The notes below the pieces were generated by a model. That model saw nothing but the letters and a program-made list of their open reading frames with translations. It was not told the origin of the DNA and searched no databases. A DNA stretch of 53,286 nt from a virus (taxonomy: Duplodnaviria > Caudoviricetes): positions 1-53,286 of the IMG/VR virus record IMGVR_UViG_3300009159_000088, one strand, 5' to 3'. A program made the position numbers and the translations under genes. The stretch's first letter is position 1, and every line of letters starts with the position of its first letter. Of the stretch, positions 24,679 through 33,502 are shown in pieces.

Positions 24679-24683
24679 CCTAC

Positions 24684-24691
24684 TATTTATA
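24684..24691 (-). promoter_or_regulatory. T4-type late promoter
   Basis: TATAAATA on the minus strand, 5 nt upstream of the gp2 ATG. Confidence 0.85.
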
Positions 24692-24696
24692 ACAAA

Positions 24697-25137
24697 CTAC
24701 AGTATTTTAATGCCAAGCCTTCGAAGCATGTCCTCGTCCCAAATCTCAAAAACCCACCCGCGGTCGCTGGCGTACTCGGTTGCCGCCTCCCACTTCGAAA
24801 TGTTTTTTGCATAGGTCATAACCTCTGTAATGTATCTTTTAGTTTTTTTACCGGGGTTCTTCGGTGGGCTTACTTCTTTCTTGGGTTTTACCTCAATTAA
24901 CATGATTCGGCCATCCGTAAATTCAAACTTGACATCAACGAAATACCGATGCATCCTGCCGTCCGTCTTGCATCGATAAGGCACAACAACCTCTTCCGAA
25001 CTCCATGAAGCAACAAATGATTGTTCGTCCAACCATTTAAAAAGCTGCCGCTCCCAAAGAGAGCGATAAACAATGTTCGATGCATTGCCACGGTATTTGG
25101 ATGTATTCTTAGGCGTGAAGGTACCCTTGTATGTCAT
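24697..25137 (-). CDS. gp4: head completion protein (TnsA-like nuclease fold)
   Basis: YKGTFTPKNTSKYRG, YRSLWER, WSSEEVVVPY, HRYFVD, LIEVKP, KWEAA. Confidence 0.93.
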   Translation of the reverse strand: MTYKGTFTPKNTSKYRGNASNIVYRSLWERQLFKWLDEQSFVASWSSEEVVVPYRCKTDGRMHRYFVDVKFEFTDGRIMLIEVKPKKEVSPPKNPGKKTKRYITEVMTYAKNISKWEAATEYASDRGWVFEIWDEDMLRRLGIKIL

Positions 25138-25154
25138 ATAAATAGCTATTTATT
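25137..25154. promoter_or_regulatory. overlapping divergent late promoters in a 16-bp perfect palindrome
   Basis: TATAAATA (+, 25137-25144) and AATAAATA (-, 25147-25154); ataaatagctatttat. Confidence 0.8.
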
Positions 25155-25157
25155 CCA

Positions 25158-25952
25158 ATGCTCAAAAAGAACAAACCAAGCTCTATTTATTCGTTTCCAC
25201 AAGAATTAGCGAACGAAAAAAATAATTGGCCTTTTATGACGTTTACTGTAAACGATCAAGAAGAAAATACTGTGTGTCTTCCGATTCCGCAAGGTCTTGC
25301 CTTTGGAGATAATATGAGTTACGGTAGCATTGACCTTGGCATTATTGGTGATATTGCTGCCAAGGCAATAGTAGCAGAAAAAGGAAAAGTATCCGCTGGT
25401 GCAAATGCACTTTTAAATAAGGTAAAAGATACGAATGCGGCAGCAGTAGCAAGTATTGCTGCAAAAAGAGGTTTGGCAATACCTGGAGTTGGAGCAGAGG
25501 TTATCGACTTTGCCAATAGACAGGTCGTTTCTCCTAATACTAATACAACATTTCAAAATTCAACCATAAGAAACTTTAGTTTCGCATTTAAACTAGTAAG
25601 CCGAAAACAAAAGGAAGCAGAAAGTATTAAGAATATCATTGACCTTTTTCAGGCAAAAATGTATCCGGAAGGCGACGAATTGATTTTAAAATATCCTCCT
25701 ACATTTACAATTAAATTTTTTAATGGTTCTGGTAAGGAAAACAAATTTATTCCTGCAATCTTCGAATCATATCTTACAGGAATGTCTGCTGTATATAACG
25801 GATCAACAAACATATTCCATAATGATGGAAGCCCACTCGAATCGGATGTTCAACTTACATTCCAAGAAATTAAAGCCCTGACCAGAAAAGAAATTGTTGC
25901 ATTAAGTCGTAGAGAATCAAAACAAATTCAGACTGCAGATTCTTTTATTTAA
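25158..25952 (+). CDS. gp48: baseplate tail tube cap
   Basis: VSPNTNTTFQNSTIRNFSFAFKL..RKQKEAESI, YPPTFTIKF, VQLTFQEIKALTR. Confidence 0.85.
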   Translation: MLKKNKPSSIYSFPQELANEKNNWPFMTFTVNDQEENTVCLPIPQGLAFGDNMSYGSIDLGIIGDIAAKAIVAEKGKVSAGANALLNKVKDTNAAAVASIAAKRGLAIPGVGAEVIDFANRQVVSPNTNTTFQNSTIRNFSFAFKLVSRKQKEAESIKNIIDLFQAKMYPEGDELILKYPPTFTIKFFNGSGKENKFIPAIFESYLTGMSAVYNGSTNIFHNDGSPLESDVQLTFQEIKALTRKEIVALSRRESKQIQTADSFI

Positions 25953-25956
25953 TACC

Positions 25957-27042
25957 ATGGCATTTTTTAAACAGTTTCCGAAAACCCAATACGATTTTAA
26001 TTCGCTAAACATTGGTACAACAATTACAGATATATTTAGATATATCAAAATTGACAAAACGTTATTCGATGATATTTCAACATATCAGTACTACAATATT
26101 CAATCTGGTGATCGTCCGGATATTGTTTCTAATATTCTTTACGGTACTCCAGAATACTATTGGACCTTTTTTCTTTGTAACGATGATTTAAAGAATGGGC
26201 TCTCTAGCTGGCCGATGAGTCAAAGCGAATTTGAAACGTATATGGATACGGAATACACCGGTATTGTAATTCAAACGGCACCTCAAATTCAACTTACATC
26301 AACACTGGATTCATTCGAGGATACTTCACTTGCCGGAAAATTTAACCTTTTCGATCGTTTTGTACCTACCGAAAATCGAGATTGCACATTGACCGTTAGT
26401 AACGATTTAGTCACTTTAATTTCTCACGGTTTAATTAATGGAACTCGTGTCAATTTTCAATCAATCGTCGGTACAACGGGTGTTATTTCTTCGAAAACGT
26501 ATTACGTGATCAATGCACAAACTAATACTTTCCAGATTTCATTAATTGAAGGCGGCGCGGTGGTTAATTTTACAGGATTAGATGGAACCGCAAAAGCAAG
26601 TGTGCAGTTTCAAGACATTAAAAGAAAATCTGTTTATGTTGATGGAGAAATTATTAAAGGAACTACTTCTGGAGCCGAAGCGTTTTTAGCTGGAAAGAAC
26701 GTACAACTTTCTCAATTAATATTGAGAAATACAATTGGAACATTTAGAGAACTTCCGCCAGAAGAGATCGTTGGTCAGACATCGGGAAATAAAGTAAGAA
26801 TTGATAAAATTTTCGAACGGCGTTTGGCTCCGCATCACTATGAAACATTCGATGGAAAGACAATTTACGATCCTAGAAGTATTCCAGAACTACAACCCGA
26901 ATACAATCGTGCCAACTTAAAACTTGTTACTAATCTTGAAGAAGAAATTCGTTTAAATGATGCAAGGGAGAGAATCAAGGTTGTGAACCCAAATGCAATT
27001 TATAGGTTTGCTCAAACTTATAAAAAGATACTAAATGCTTAA
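25957..27042 (+). CDS. gp53: baseplate wedge subunit with inserted accessory domain
   Basis: MAFFKQFPKTQY, GDRPDIVSNILYGTPEYYW, WPMSQ, PHHYE, LNDARERIKV. Confidence 0.88.
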   Translation: MAFFKQFPKTQYDFNSLNIGTTITDIFRYIKIDKTLFDDISTYQYYNIQSGDRPDIVSNILYGTPEYYWTFFLCNDDLKNGLSSWPMSQSEFETYMDTEYTGIVIQTAPQIQLTSTLDSFEDTSLAGKFNLFDRFVPTENRDCTLTVSNDLVTLISHGLINGTRVNFQSIVGTTGVISSKTYYVINAQTNTFQISLIEGGAVVNFTGLDGTAKASVQFQDIKRKSVYVDGEIIKGTTSGAEAFLAGKNVQLSQLILRNTIGTFRELPPEEIVGQTSGNKVRIDKIFERRLAPHHYETFDGKTIYDPRSIPELQPEYNRANLKLVTNLEEEIRLNDARERIKVVNPNAIYRFAQTYKKILNA

Positions 27043-28426
27043 TAATAACATAAGTGTTCTTTCTGGTACGTCCGAGTCGGAATTGCCTACACGCTATTCG
27101 TTGCAGGCCGTTGTACTGTCGAATCATAAGGGCGATAAGGTCGACATAAAAACCTTTGTTACAGACTTTACAATCACAGAAAGTATCTATCGCACCTCCT
27201 TAATTTTAAATCTAAACGTCAAAGACACAGTTAACATTATTGAAGAATATAAACTCACGGGGCAAGAAGTAATTAATGTGGTCATTGCTCGTAAAGATTA
27301 TGGTTCCACGGATGAGCAAATTATTAATTTAGATTTTCTTATTTCAGAATACCCGTTGTTGGGTAAATTAACCAATCGTCTACAAGTCTTTAGTATTTCT
27401 GCAATTTCACCTTATGCTTTTTTATCTAAATTAAAACGCATCTCTCGTGCATACTCTGGAACTCTTGGAGAATTTATAAAGAGTGTTTTAGAAAAGGATT
27501 TAAATGTCGATCCTAAAAAAATCATTCTTTCGAAATCAGTAACTCCTTCTTGCAAGTTTATCGTTCCTAATTTAGCACCACTGGACGCAATTTCTTGGGC
27601 ACTTAGAAGGTCCTATGATCAAAACGGTAGTCCTTTTTACTGTTATCAAACCTTAAACGGTGACATTCATATTGCTTCTCAAGGAGATATGGTAACAAAA
27701 GAAACCTACAAACAGTTTGATGAAGGTAAGTTTTTTAAATCAACTCGAGCAACCGAAGCCGATAAGATAGCCGATTACAAGGAAAGAGCGAGAAGAATTT
27801 TAAGTATTACATCTGATTTTCGTATGTCGAAGTATCTTGCTGGTGCGAATGGAGCATACGCATCAACCACTAATTATTTGGATCTTTCGACGAAAACAAT
27901 GTCGCGTAACATTTTTCATTATGAAAGGGATTTTAAAAAAATGACCTTCATTGAAAAGAATAATGTTATATCGCCGTTTTTTCATCCTGAAAAGGATAAT
28001 TTAAAGGATACAATGTCGAATTATCCAGACTCAAATGTTAATTTTATATCGACAAATTCTAAAGCATTTAATGGTAATAAAAAAAATTATCATTCTCCGA
28101 CTTTAAATGGTGCAATTAATAAGGCTCAAGCTCATACAGAAAATTTAGACACCTTAATTCATGATGTTTCTTTATGCGGAGATTTTAAAGTAAATTCCGG
28201 TGTTATGGTCGATTTAAAACTTTCTCCCTCGATCGATCCTCAGGTTGGTGTAAAAACAGGAGAAAGTGAAGGAGATGTCATTAAAGACCAATTCTTTTCC
28301 GGCAGATACCTTGTAACGGCGGCAGTGCATAAATTTGAATATGAATACACTGTGGATATAAAATTGAAAAAAGATTCTCTTCCATTTACATTCGTGAAAA
28401 GCCCGACTTCAGGAAAAACTATATGA
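27035..28426 (+). CDS. probable baseplate hub protein (gp27-like)
   Basis: 463 aa between gp53 and gp5; ITESIY near the N-terminus and FSGRYLVTAAVHKF...LKKDS at the C-terminus. Confidence 0.6.
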   Translation: MLNNNISVLSGTSESELPTRYSLQAVVLSNHKGDKVDIKTFVTDFTITESIYRTSLILNLNVKDTVNIIEEYKLTGQEVINVVIARKDYGSTDEQIINLDFLISEYPLLGKLTNRLQVFSISAISPYAFLSKLKRISRAYSGTLGEFIKSVLEKDLNVDPKKIILSKSVTPSCKFIVPNLAPLDAISWALRRSYDQNGSPFYCYQTLNGDIHIASQGDMVTKETYKQFDEGKFFKSTRATEADKIADYKERARRILSITSDFRMSKYLAGANGAYASTTNYLDLSTKTMSRNIFHYERDFKKMTFIEKNNVISPFFHPEKDNLKDTMSNYPDSNVNFISTNSKAFNGNKKNYHSPTLNGAINKAQAHTENLDTLIHDVSLCGDFKVNSGVMVDLKLSPSIDPQVGVKTGESEGDVIKDQFFSGRYLVTAAVHKFEYEYTVDIKLKKDSLPFTFVKSPTSGKTI

Positions 28427-29817
28427 TAAACAACGTTGATCAATTTATTGGAAGTAATTTTTGCTGGTTTACTGGCGTCGTCGAAGATGTTCTGGATCCT
28501 ATGCAAATGGGACGCGTTAGGGTTCGTTGTTATGGTTATCACACGGATGATAAAGAACAAATCCCTACTGAATCTTTGCCATGGGCCTTTGTGATGACTC
28601 CTGTTACCTCTGCCGGAATGAGTGGCATTGGACAATCTGCGACCGGATTGCTTCAAGGGTCTTGGGTTGTCGGTTTTTTTAGAGATGGTCGTTCGGCCCA
28701 GGATCCAATTATAATGGGAACAATTCCGTCCATAACTACGGGCGGAGATAAATCAAAGGGGTTTTCCGATCCAAGCGGTAAACATCCAAGAAAATCATCT
28801 TCCGTTGATCTTCCTATTGAATCGAGAAGCGATTACTTTAATTCAACAGCATACGTAGCCAGAGAACAACTAAGACAAGAAAACGTTGAAACAGCGATTC
28901 CTGGTGAATTAGTATCTGTTGCCATATCGGAACCAAGCACTTATTACAAACGGAATACATGGAGTAACTTAAAAACTGGAGACGTAGTAAATCCAATTTA
29001 TCCCAACAACCACTCAATTCATAGCGAATCTGGGCACGTAAAGGAAATGGATGATACTCCAGGTGCGGAAAGACTTTTTGAAATGCATAAGTCTGGAACC
29101 TATTGTGAAATTAATAACAAAGGAGATAAGACGACGACGATTGTGGGTAATAATTACACAGTGATCATCGGCGGAGATAACATCTACATCAAGGGATCCG
29201 CAAATCTAACAGTCGATGGCGATTTTAGACATCTTGTAAAGGGTAACTATCACCTCGAGGTCGAAGGCAATAAGACCGAATACGTTAAAGGATCTCGCCA
29301 ATCAAAGATCGGTAAGTCGGAACAGATTGAAATTGGTCAAGAGTTTGCGGCAAACATAAAATCTAATTCAGTTTTACGTGTCGGCAGAGATTCAACCATT
29401 CTCGTCAACGGTAACAAAAATGAAACCATTGCCGAGAACAACGATCTTTTTGTTAATAAAAATGACGGTCATATCGTTTTAGGTAAGCGCAATGAATTTA
29501 CCGGCGATAATAATAGTTCGACGACGAACGGTCTGTTGTTTTTAACTGGTAAGCAAATTAAAATTGAATCTCCTGAAACACTTGTAACAAACATTGATGG
29601 CGCCGTAACTGAAACATTTGGATCGACGCACGCACTTACTGTAAGCGGCGAACAAACAATTACTGCATCGAAGACATTCGTTAGAAATAATGTAGATGTA
29701 ACTGGTACTCTAACGGCAACAACTCAAGTAACCGCGGGTACACCGGCGATTTCGCTTACAACGCATTTACACAGACCCGGCGGCTTAATAGTTACTGGAC
29801 CACCGAGTGTTTCTTAA
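28423..29817 (+). CDS. gp5: baseplate central spike (OB fold plus beta-helix, no lysozyme domain)
   Basis: WFTGVVEDVLDP.QMGRVRVRC.GYH, LPWA, GSWVVGFFRDG, YPNNH...SESGH..EMDDTPGAER; VxG repeats; C-terminal THLH. Confidence 0.92.
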   Translation: MINNVDQFIGSNFCWFTGVVEDVLDPMQMGRVRVRCYGYHTDDKEQIPTESLPWAFVMTPVTSAGMSGIGQSATGLLQGSWVVGFFRDGRSAQDPIIMGTIPSITTGGDKSKGFSDPSGKHPRKSSSVDLPIESRSDYFNSTAYVAREQLRQENVETAIPGELVSVAISEPSTYYKRNTWSNLKTGDVVNPIYPNNHSIHSESGHVKEMDDTPGAERLFEMHKSGTYCEINNKGDKTTTIVGNNYTVIIGGDNIYIKGSANLTVDGDFRHLVKGNYHLEVEGNKTEYVKGSRQSKIGKSEQIEIGQEFAANIKSNSVLRVGRDSTILVNGNKNETIAENNDLFVNKNDGHIVLGKRNEFTGDNNSSTTNGLLFLTGKQIKIESPETLVTNIDGAVTETFGSTHALTVSGEQTITASKTFVRNNVDVTGTLTATTQVTAGTPAISLTTHLHRPGGLIVTGPPSVS

Positions 29818-29852
29818 AGATATTTTACCTTGCTAAAAATACTTAAGGTTAT

Positions 29853-31010
29853 ATGGCTACATTAAGAAATATCAACATTACTTCGATTTCCGCCTTGGGC
29901 GAAATACCGGAGATTCCAACGAATTTTATAAGTACCAAGATACCGTGCGGTGAAAATATCGCACTGAATACATTAAGAGATGTGCAGGATCAAATCAAGA
30001 CTAAACTTGCAAGCGGTAAAGGTGCCCTTGGAGAGTTGGGAACTTTAATTCAAAAGGGTCAGGATGCTTTATCGAAAGTCCAAGAGAAGATAAACGAGGC
30101 TTATTCTTTTCAGGATGACATTAATTCGATCAAAAATGATCCATCTCCAGCAAACATTGCTCAAGTTCTACAACGCTACAAAGGTAAAATTCCGGAACTC
30201 GATCGTTATATTCAATTAGCATCGGACATTACAAATACAACGGAATTAGACATTTGCTCGGCCATACCAAACATTAAAATTGATATTGAAACGGGATTGG
30301 TTTCGGTTGATGCTAAAGATTCGATTACTCCAAACCAAAGTCCTCTTGATGCGATTCCCTTAGTTTCTACGGTAAAAGACTTTTTTAACGATACATCAAA
30401 GAGTCCTTCCGGAATTAGTCATGCTAGACTGGAGGAATATGAATTAAAGGTATCGGCGGAAATTAAGAAACAAGTCTTAGATCCAAGTTTAAAGGAAGAA
30501 GAAACGGCAATCGATGAGTATTTAAAGCAAGTAAAAATACTTGAAACATCTGGCATTTTTGTTAAAACAAAGACATATGGAAAAACACCAGAGGAACTTC
30601 AATCCCTCGGCTTTTTAACTTTGGATGAAATACAGAAGGTAGATCGAGCGAATGAGGCAAGAAAAAATTCAGAACTCTATACGATAAAAACACAGGTTCT
30701 TGCCTTAAGCGCGTTTCCAGAGACAATGAATGCTAAAAATAATGATGAAAATGCCTCTTACGATTTAGAAAGAATAGATTCTGAAGACGCAAATTTTATC
30801 CTAAAGTTTAATACAAGTCTGGATACAATCGATGAAATTGCACAAGCCAATAAGGAGTTAATCGCAGATTATGTCGCTCATTTAAATGCTTCAACACCGG
30901 CGGATATTAAACTAGCAATTAAAGCAGGTGAGAATCTAGTGGCTCTTCAGGAACCACCGATTCATATTAATACGGTTGCTCGCCCCACGAATACCAGAGG
31001 TCGTGTTTAA
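29853..31010 (+). CDS. hypothetical helical protein in the baseplate cluster
   Basis: 385 aa ORF between gp5 and gp25. Confidence 0.7.
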   Translation: MATLRNINITSISALGEIPEIPTNFISTKIPCGENIALNTLRDVQDQIKTKLASGKGALGELGTLIQKGQDALSKVQEKINEAYSFQDDINSIKNDPSPANIAQVLQRYKGKIPELDRYIQLASDITNTTELDICSAIPNIKIDIETGLVSVDAKDSITPNQSPLDAIPLVSTVKDFFNDTSKSPSGISHARLEEYELKVSAEIKKQVLDPSLKEEETAIDEYLKQVKILETSGIFVKTKTYGKTPEELQSLGFLTLDEIQKVDRANEARKNSELYTIKTQVLALSAFPETMNAKNNDENASYDLERIDSEDANFILKFNTSLDTIDEIAQANKELIADYVAHLNASTPADIKLAIKAGENLVALQEPPIHINTVARPTNTRGRV

Positions 31011-31043
31011 TGATGGTTCCAGTAACGGTTTTCTTGGATAACA

Positions 31044-31051
31044 TATAAATA
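31044..31051 (+). promoter_or_regulatory. T4-type late promoter
   Basis: TATAAATA, 8 nt upstream of the gp25 ATG. Confidence 0.85.
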
Positions 31052-31059
31052 CTAGTAGA

Positions 31060-31575
31060 ATGTCAAACCAATTTTCCGATATATCTGTATCCAATTTAAG
31101 AGATATTTCCGTTGTTTCCCGTGATAAACAGTACTCCGATTTGGACTTGTCGATGCAGCTATACCCAATCGTTCGAAGAACGAGTATTCAAGAAATACGA
31201 AATAGTCAGGGTGTTGTTACAGGTCTTCGACAAGATCAAGAACTTGGTGATATTGTTCCATTGTTTGATATAGATGCAGTAAAAGCATCGGTCAAGAATC
31301 TTATTCTTACAAATTACAATGAGCGTCCTTTTCAACCAAAAATTGGATCCAACCTTATAAATTATCTGTTTGAACCAGTAAATCGTCTTACCGTAGTAGC
31401 CATTCAAGAATCAATTAAAAGGATCATTCAACGCAGTGAACCTCGAGTTGATTCAGTTATTGTAGATGTAATAGATGATTCCGACCGAAATCGTTACGAT
31501 GTTACAATATACTTCCGAATTATTAATATAGATACAGAAGTCGACTTTACCATTTATCTTACACGCATCCGTTAA
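31060..31575 (+). CDS. gp25: baseplate wedge subunit / sheath initiator
   Basis: YSDLDLS, DAVKASVKNLILTNYNERPFQPKIGS, EPRV, ends in LTRIR. Confidence 0.93.
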   Translation: MSNQFSDISVSNLRDISVVSRDKQYSDLDLSMQLYPIVRRTSIQEIRNSQGVVTGLRQDQELGDIVPLFDIDAVKASVKNLILTNYNERPFQPKIGSNLINYLFEPVNRLTVVAIQESIKRIIQRSEPRVDSVIVDVIDDSDRNRYDVTIYFRIINIDTEVDFTIYLTRIR

Positions 31576-31585
31576 TATCTTTCCC

Positions 31586-33502
31586 ATGTCACAATTTAAC
31601 GTAACAGACCTTGATTTTGATACAATCAAAACAAACATTAAGGACCATTTTAAATCTCAATCAAAATACCGTGACTGGAATTTTGATGGTTCGGGTCTTT
31701 CAATGTTTTTAGACGTATTAGCATATAATACGCACTACAACGCGATGCTAGCTCACTTTTCGTTGAATGAAACATTTCTCGATAGTGCTCAGATTCGAGG
31801 TAATGTAGTGTCTCACGCAAAACTCTTGGGTTACATACCAAGATCGACCATCGCGTCGACCGCGACTGTGGATATCAGCATTCTTGCAAGAAATACATCG
31901 CCCGATCCATCGGTATTTTTACCGCGTGGATCGCGATTTGCTACGATCGTCGATTCTGTAACATATTATTTTGTGAATATGGTTCCACTAAGCGCACCTC
32001 TCATAAATAATGTCTATTCGTTTTCAAATGTTGTTTTAAAAGAAGGTGCAATTAAGAGAATGATTTATCGAATCGACAATTCAATCTTGGATCAAAAATT
32101 TGAAATCCCAGATTTGGATGTAGATACGTCAATTCTTCAGGTTCGTGTTAAATCGAATGTTCAATCCAATGAATACAGAACCTACAATAAATTTACGACA
32201 TTTACTAATATTGATTCAAATTCTCTCATCTATTTTGTTCAAGAAAATGCATTGGGGAAATACGAGATTTATTTTGGAGATGATGTTCTAGGAGATAAAC
32301 CAGCCACGAATGAAATTGTAGAAATTGAATATGTAATAACAAATGGTGCAGCTGCAAACAATGCTTCAAGATTTCAGATTGCCGACTTAATTGGAGGTTA
32401 CGCTCCGAGTTCGATAAGCGTTGTAATGTCGGCTTCTAATTCTTCTGTGGTTAATGCAAATGCCGTACAAGAATTTCTTTCATTTGGCGGAACGAGTAAG
32501 GAATCTATTGATTCAATTAAATTTAATGCACCTCTTTCCTTTATTTCTCAGAACAGAGCTGTTACAGCCGATGATTACAGAGCAATCATTTTAAGAGAGT
32601 TCCCTAATGTTAAATCCATTTCTGTTTGGGGTGGAGAAGATAACATTATTCCAAACTATGGAAAGGTTTTTATTTCAATTAAGCTTGAAGGCGCCGACGA
32701 ACTTTTCATGAATGATTCTCAAAAGAATCAAGTAACTTCTGTGATTTTAAAAGGAAAAAATGTTGTTTCAATTACGCCGGTGATTGTGGATCACGAATAC
32801 ACATTCCTAAAACTTGAAGCATTTTTTAAATTTAATCCAAATTTAACGGATCTTACAAGAATTCAATTACAAGCCGTTGTAAGCAATAAAATTGACGATT
32901 TCGATAATGACAATCTAAATAAATTTGACGGTGTCTTCAGATATTCTCAATTGCTGAAACAAATAGATTCTGCGAATCCTTCGATATTGAATTCATTCGT
33001 TCGAGTCTTCATGTTTAAGGAAATTACTCCGGTCGCAAACACACTCAATTCTGTGACTCTAAGGTTTCCGAATGGCATTGAAGGTTCTTTACTTTCAACG
33101 AGCGATACGATTACATCGACGAAACTCTTAATAAGAGGTGTCGAACACTATTTCGGCGATTCTCCAACAGTAAATACCGATATAACAAGAAGAGAAACCT
33201 TTGGAGATCGAACGGTTTATCTCTACCGTATTGTTTCAAATAGAAGAGTCCGAATTCGTGATGTAGGAAAAATATTTTTAAGTGAAGGACAAGTCATTCT
33301 TGAAAACTTTGTTACAGATGATAGCACTAAAATTCGTATTGTGGTACAACCATCCTCGAATGATATTGCTCCTAAACGAAATCAGCTGTTAAAAATATCG
33401 GATGAATTGCTTTCCGTTACTGGTGAAATTGACACTATTTCAGTAGCAGGTACATCAGGCTCAATTAATTATCAAACAATTCCGCGCAATGTCAGTAATT
33501 AA
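31586..33502 (+). CDS. gp6: baseplate wedge subunit
   Basis: LDFDTIK, DWNFDGSGLSMFLDVLAYNTHYNA, ETFLDSAQIRGNVVSHAKLLGY, QNRAVTADDY, WGGED, YGKVFISIK. Confidence 0.95.
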   Translation: MSQFNVTDLDFDTIKTNIKDHFKSQSKYRDWNFDGSGLSMFLDVLAYNTHYNAMLAHFSLNETFLDSAQIRGNVVSHAKLLGYIPRSTIASTATVDISILARNTSPDPSVFLPRGSRFATIVDSVTYYFVNMVPLSAPLINNVYSFSNVVLKEGAIKRMIYRIDNSILDQKFEIPDLDVDTSILQVRVKSNVQSNEYRTYNKFTTFTNIDSNSLIYFVQENALGKYEIYFGDDVLGDKPATNEIVEIEYVITNGAAANNASRFQIADLIGGYAPSSISVVMSASNSSVVNANAVQEFLSFGGTSKESIDSIKFNAPLSFISQNRAVTADDYRAIILREFPNVKSISVWGGEDNIIPNYGKVFISIKLEGADELFMNDSQKNQVTSVILKGKNVVSITPVIVDHEYTFLKLEAFFKFNPNLTDLTRIQLQAVVSNKIDDFDNDNLNKFDGVFRYSQLLKQIDSANPSILNSFVRVFMFKEITPVANTLNSVTLRFPNGIEGSLLSTSDTITSTKLLIRGVEHYFGDSPTVNTDITRRETFGDRTVYLYRIVSNRRVRIRDVGKIFLSEGQVILENFVTDDSTKIRIVVQPSSNDIAPKRNQLLKISDELLSVTGEIDTISVAGTSGSINYQTIPRNVSN

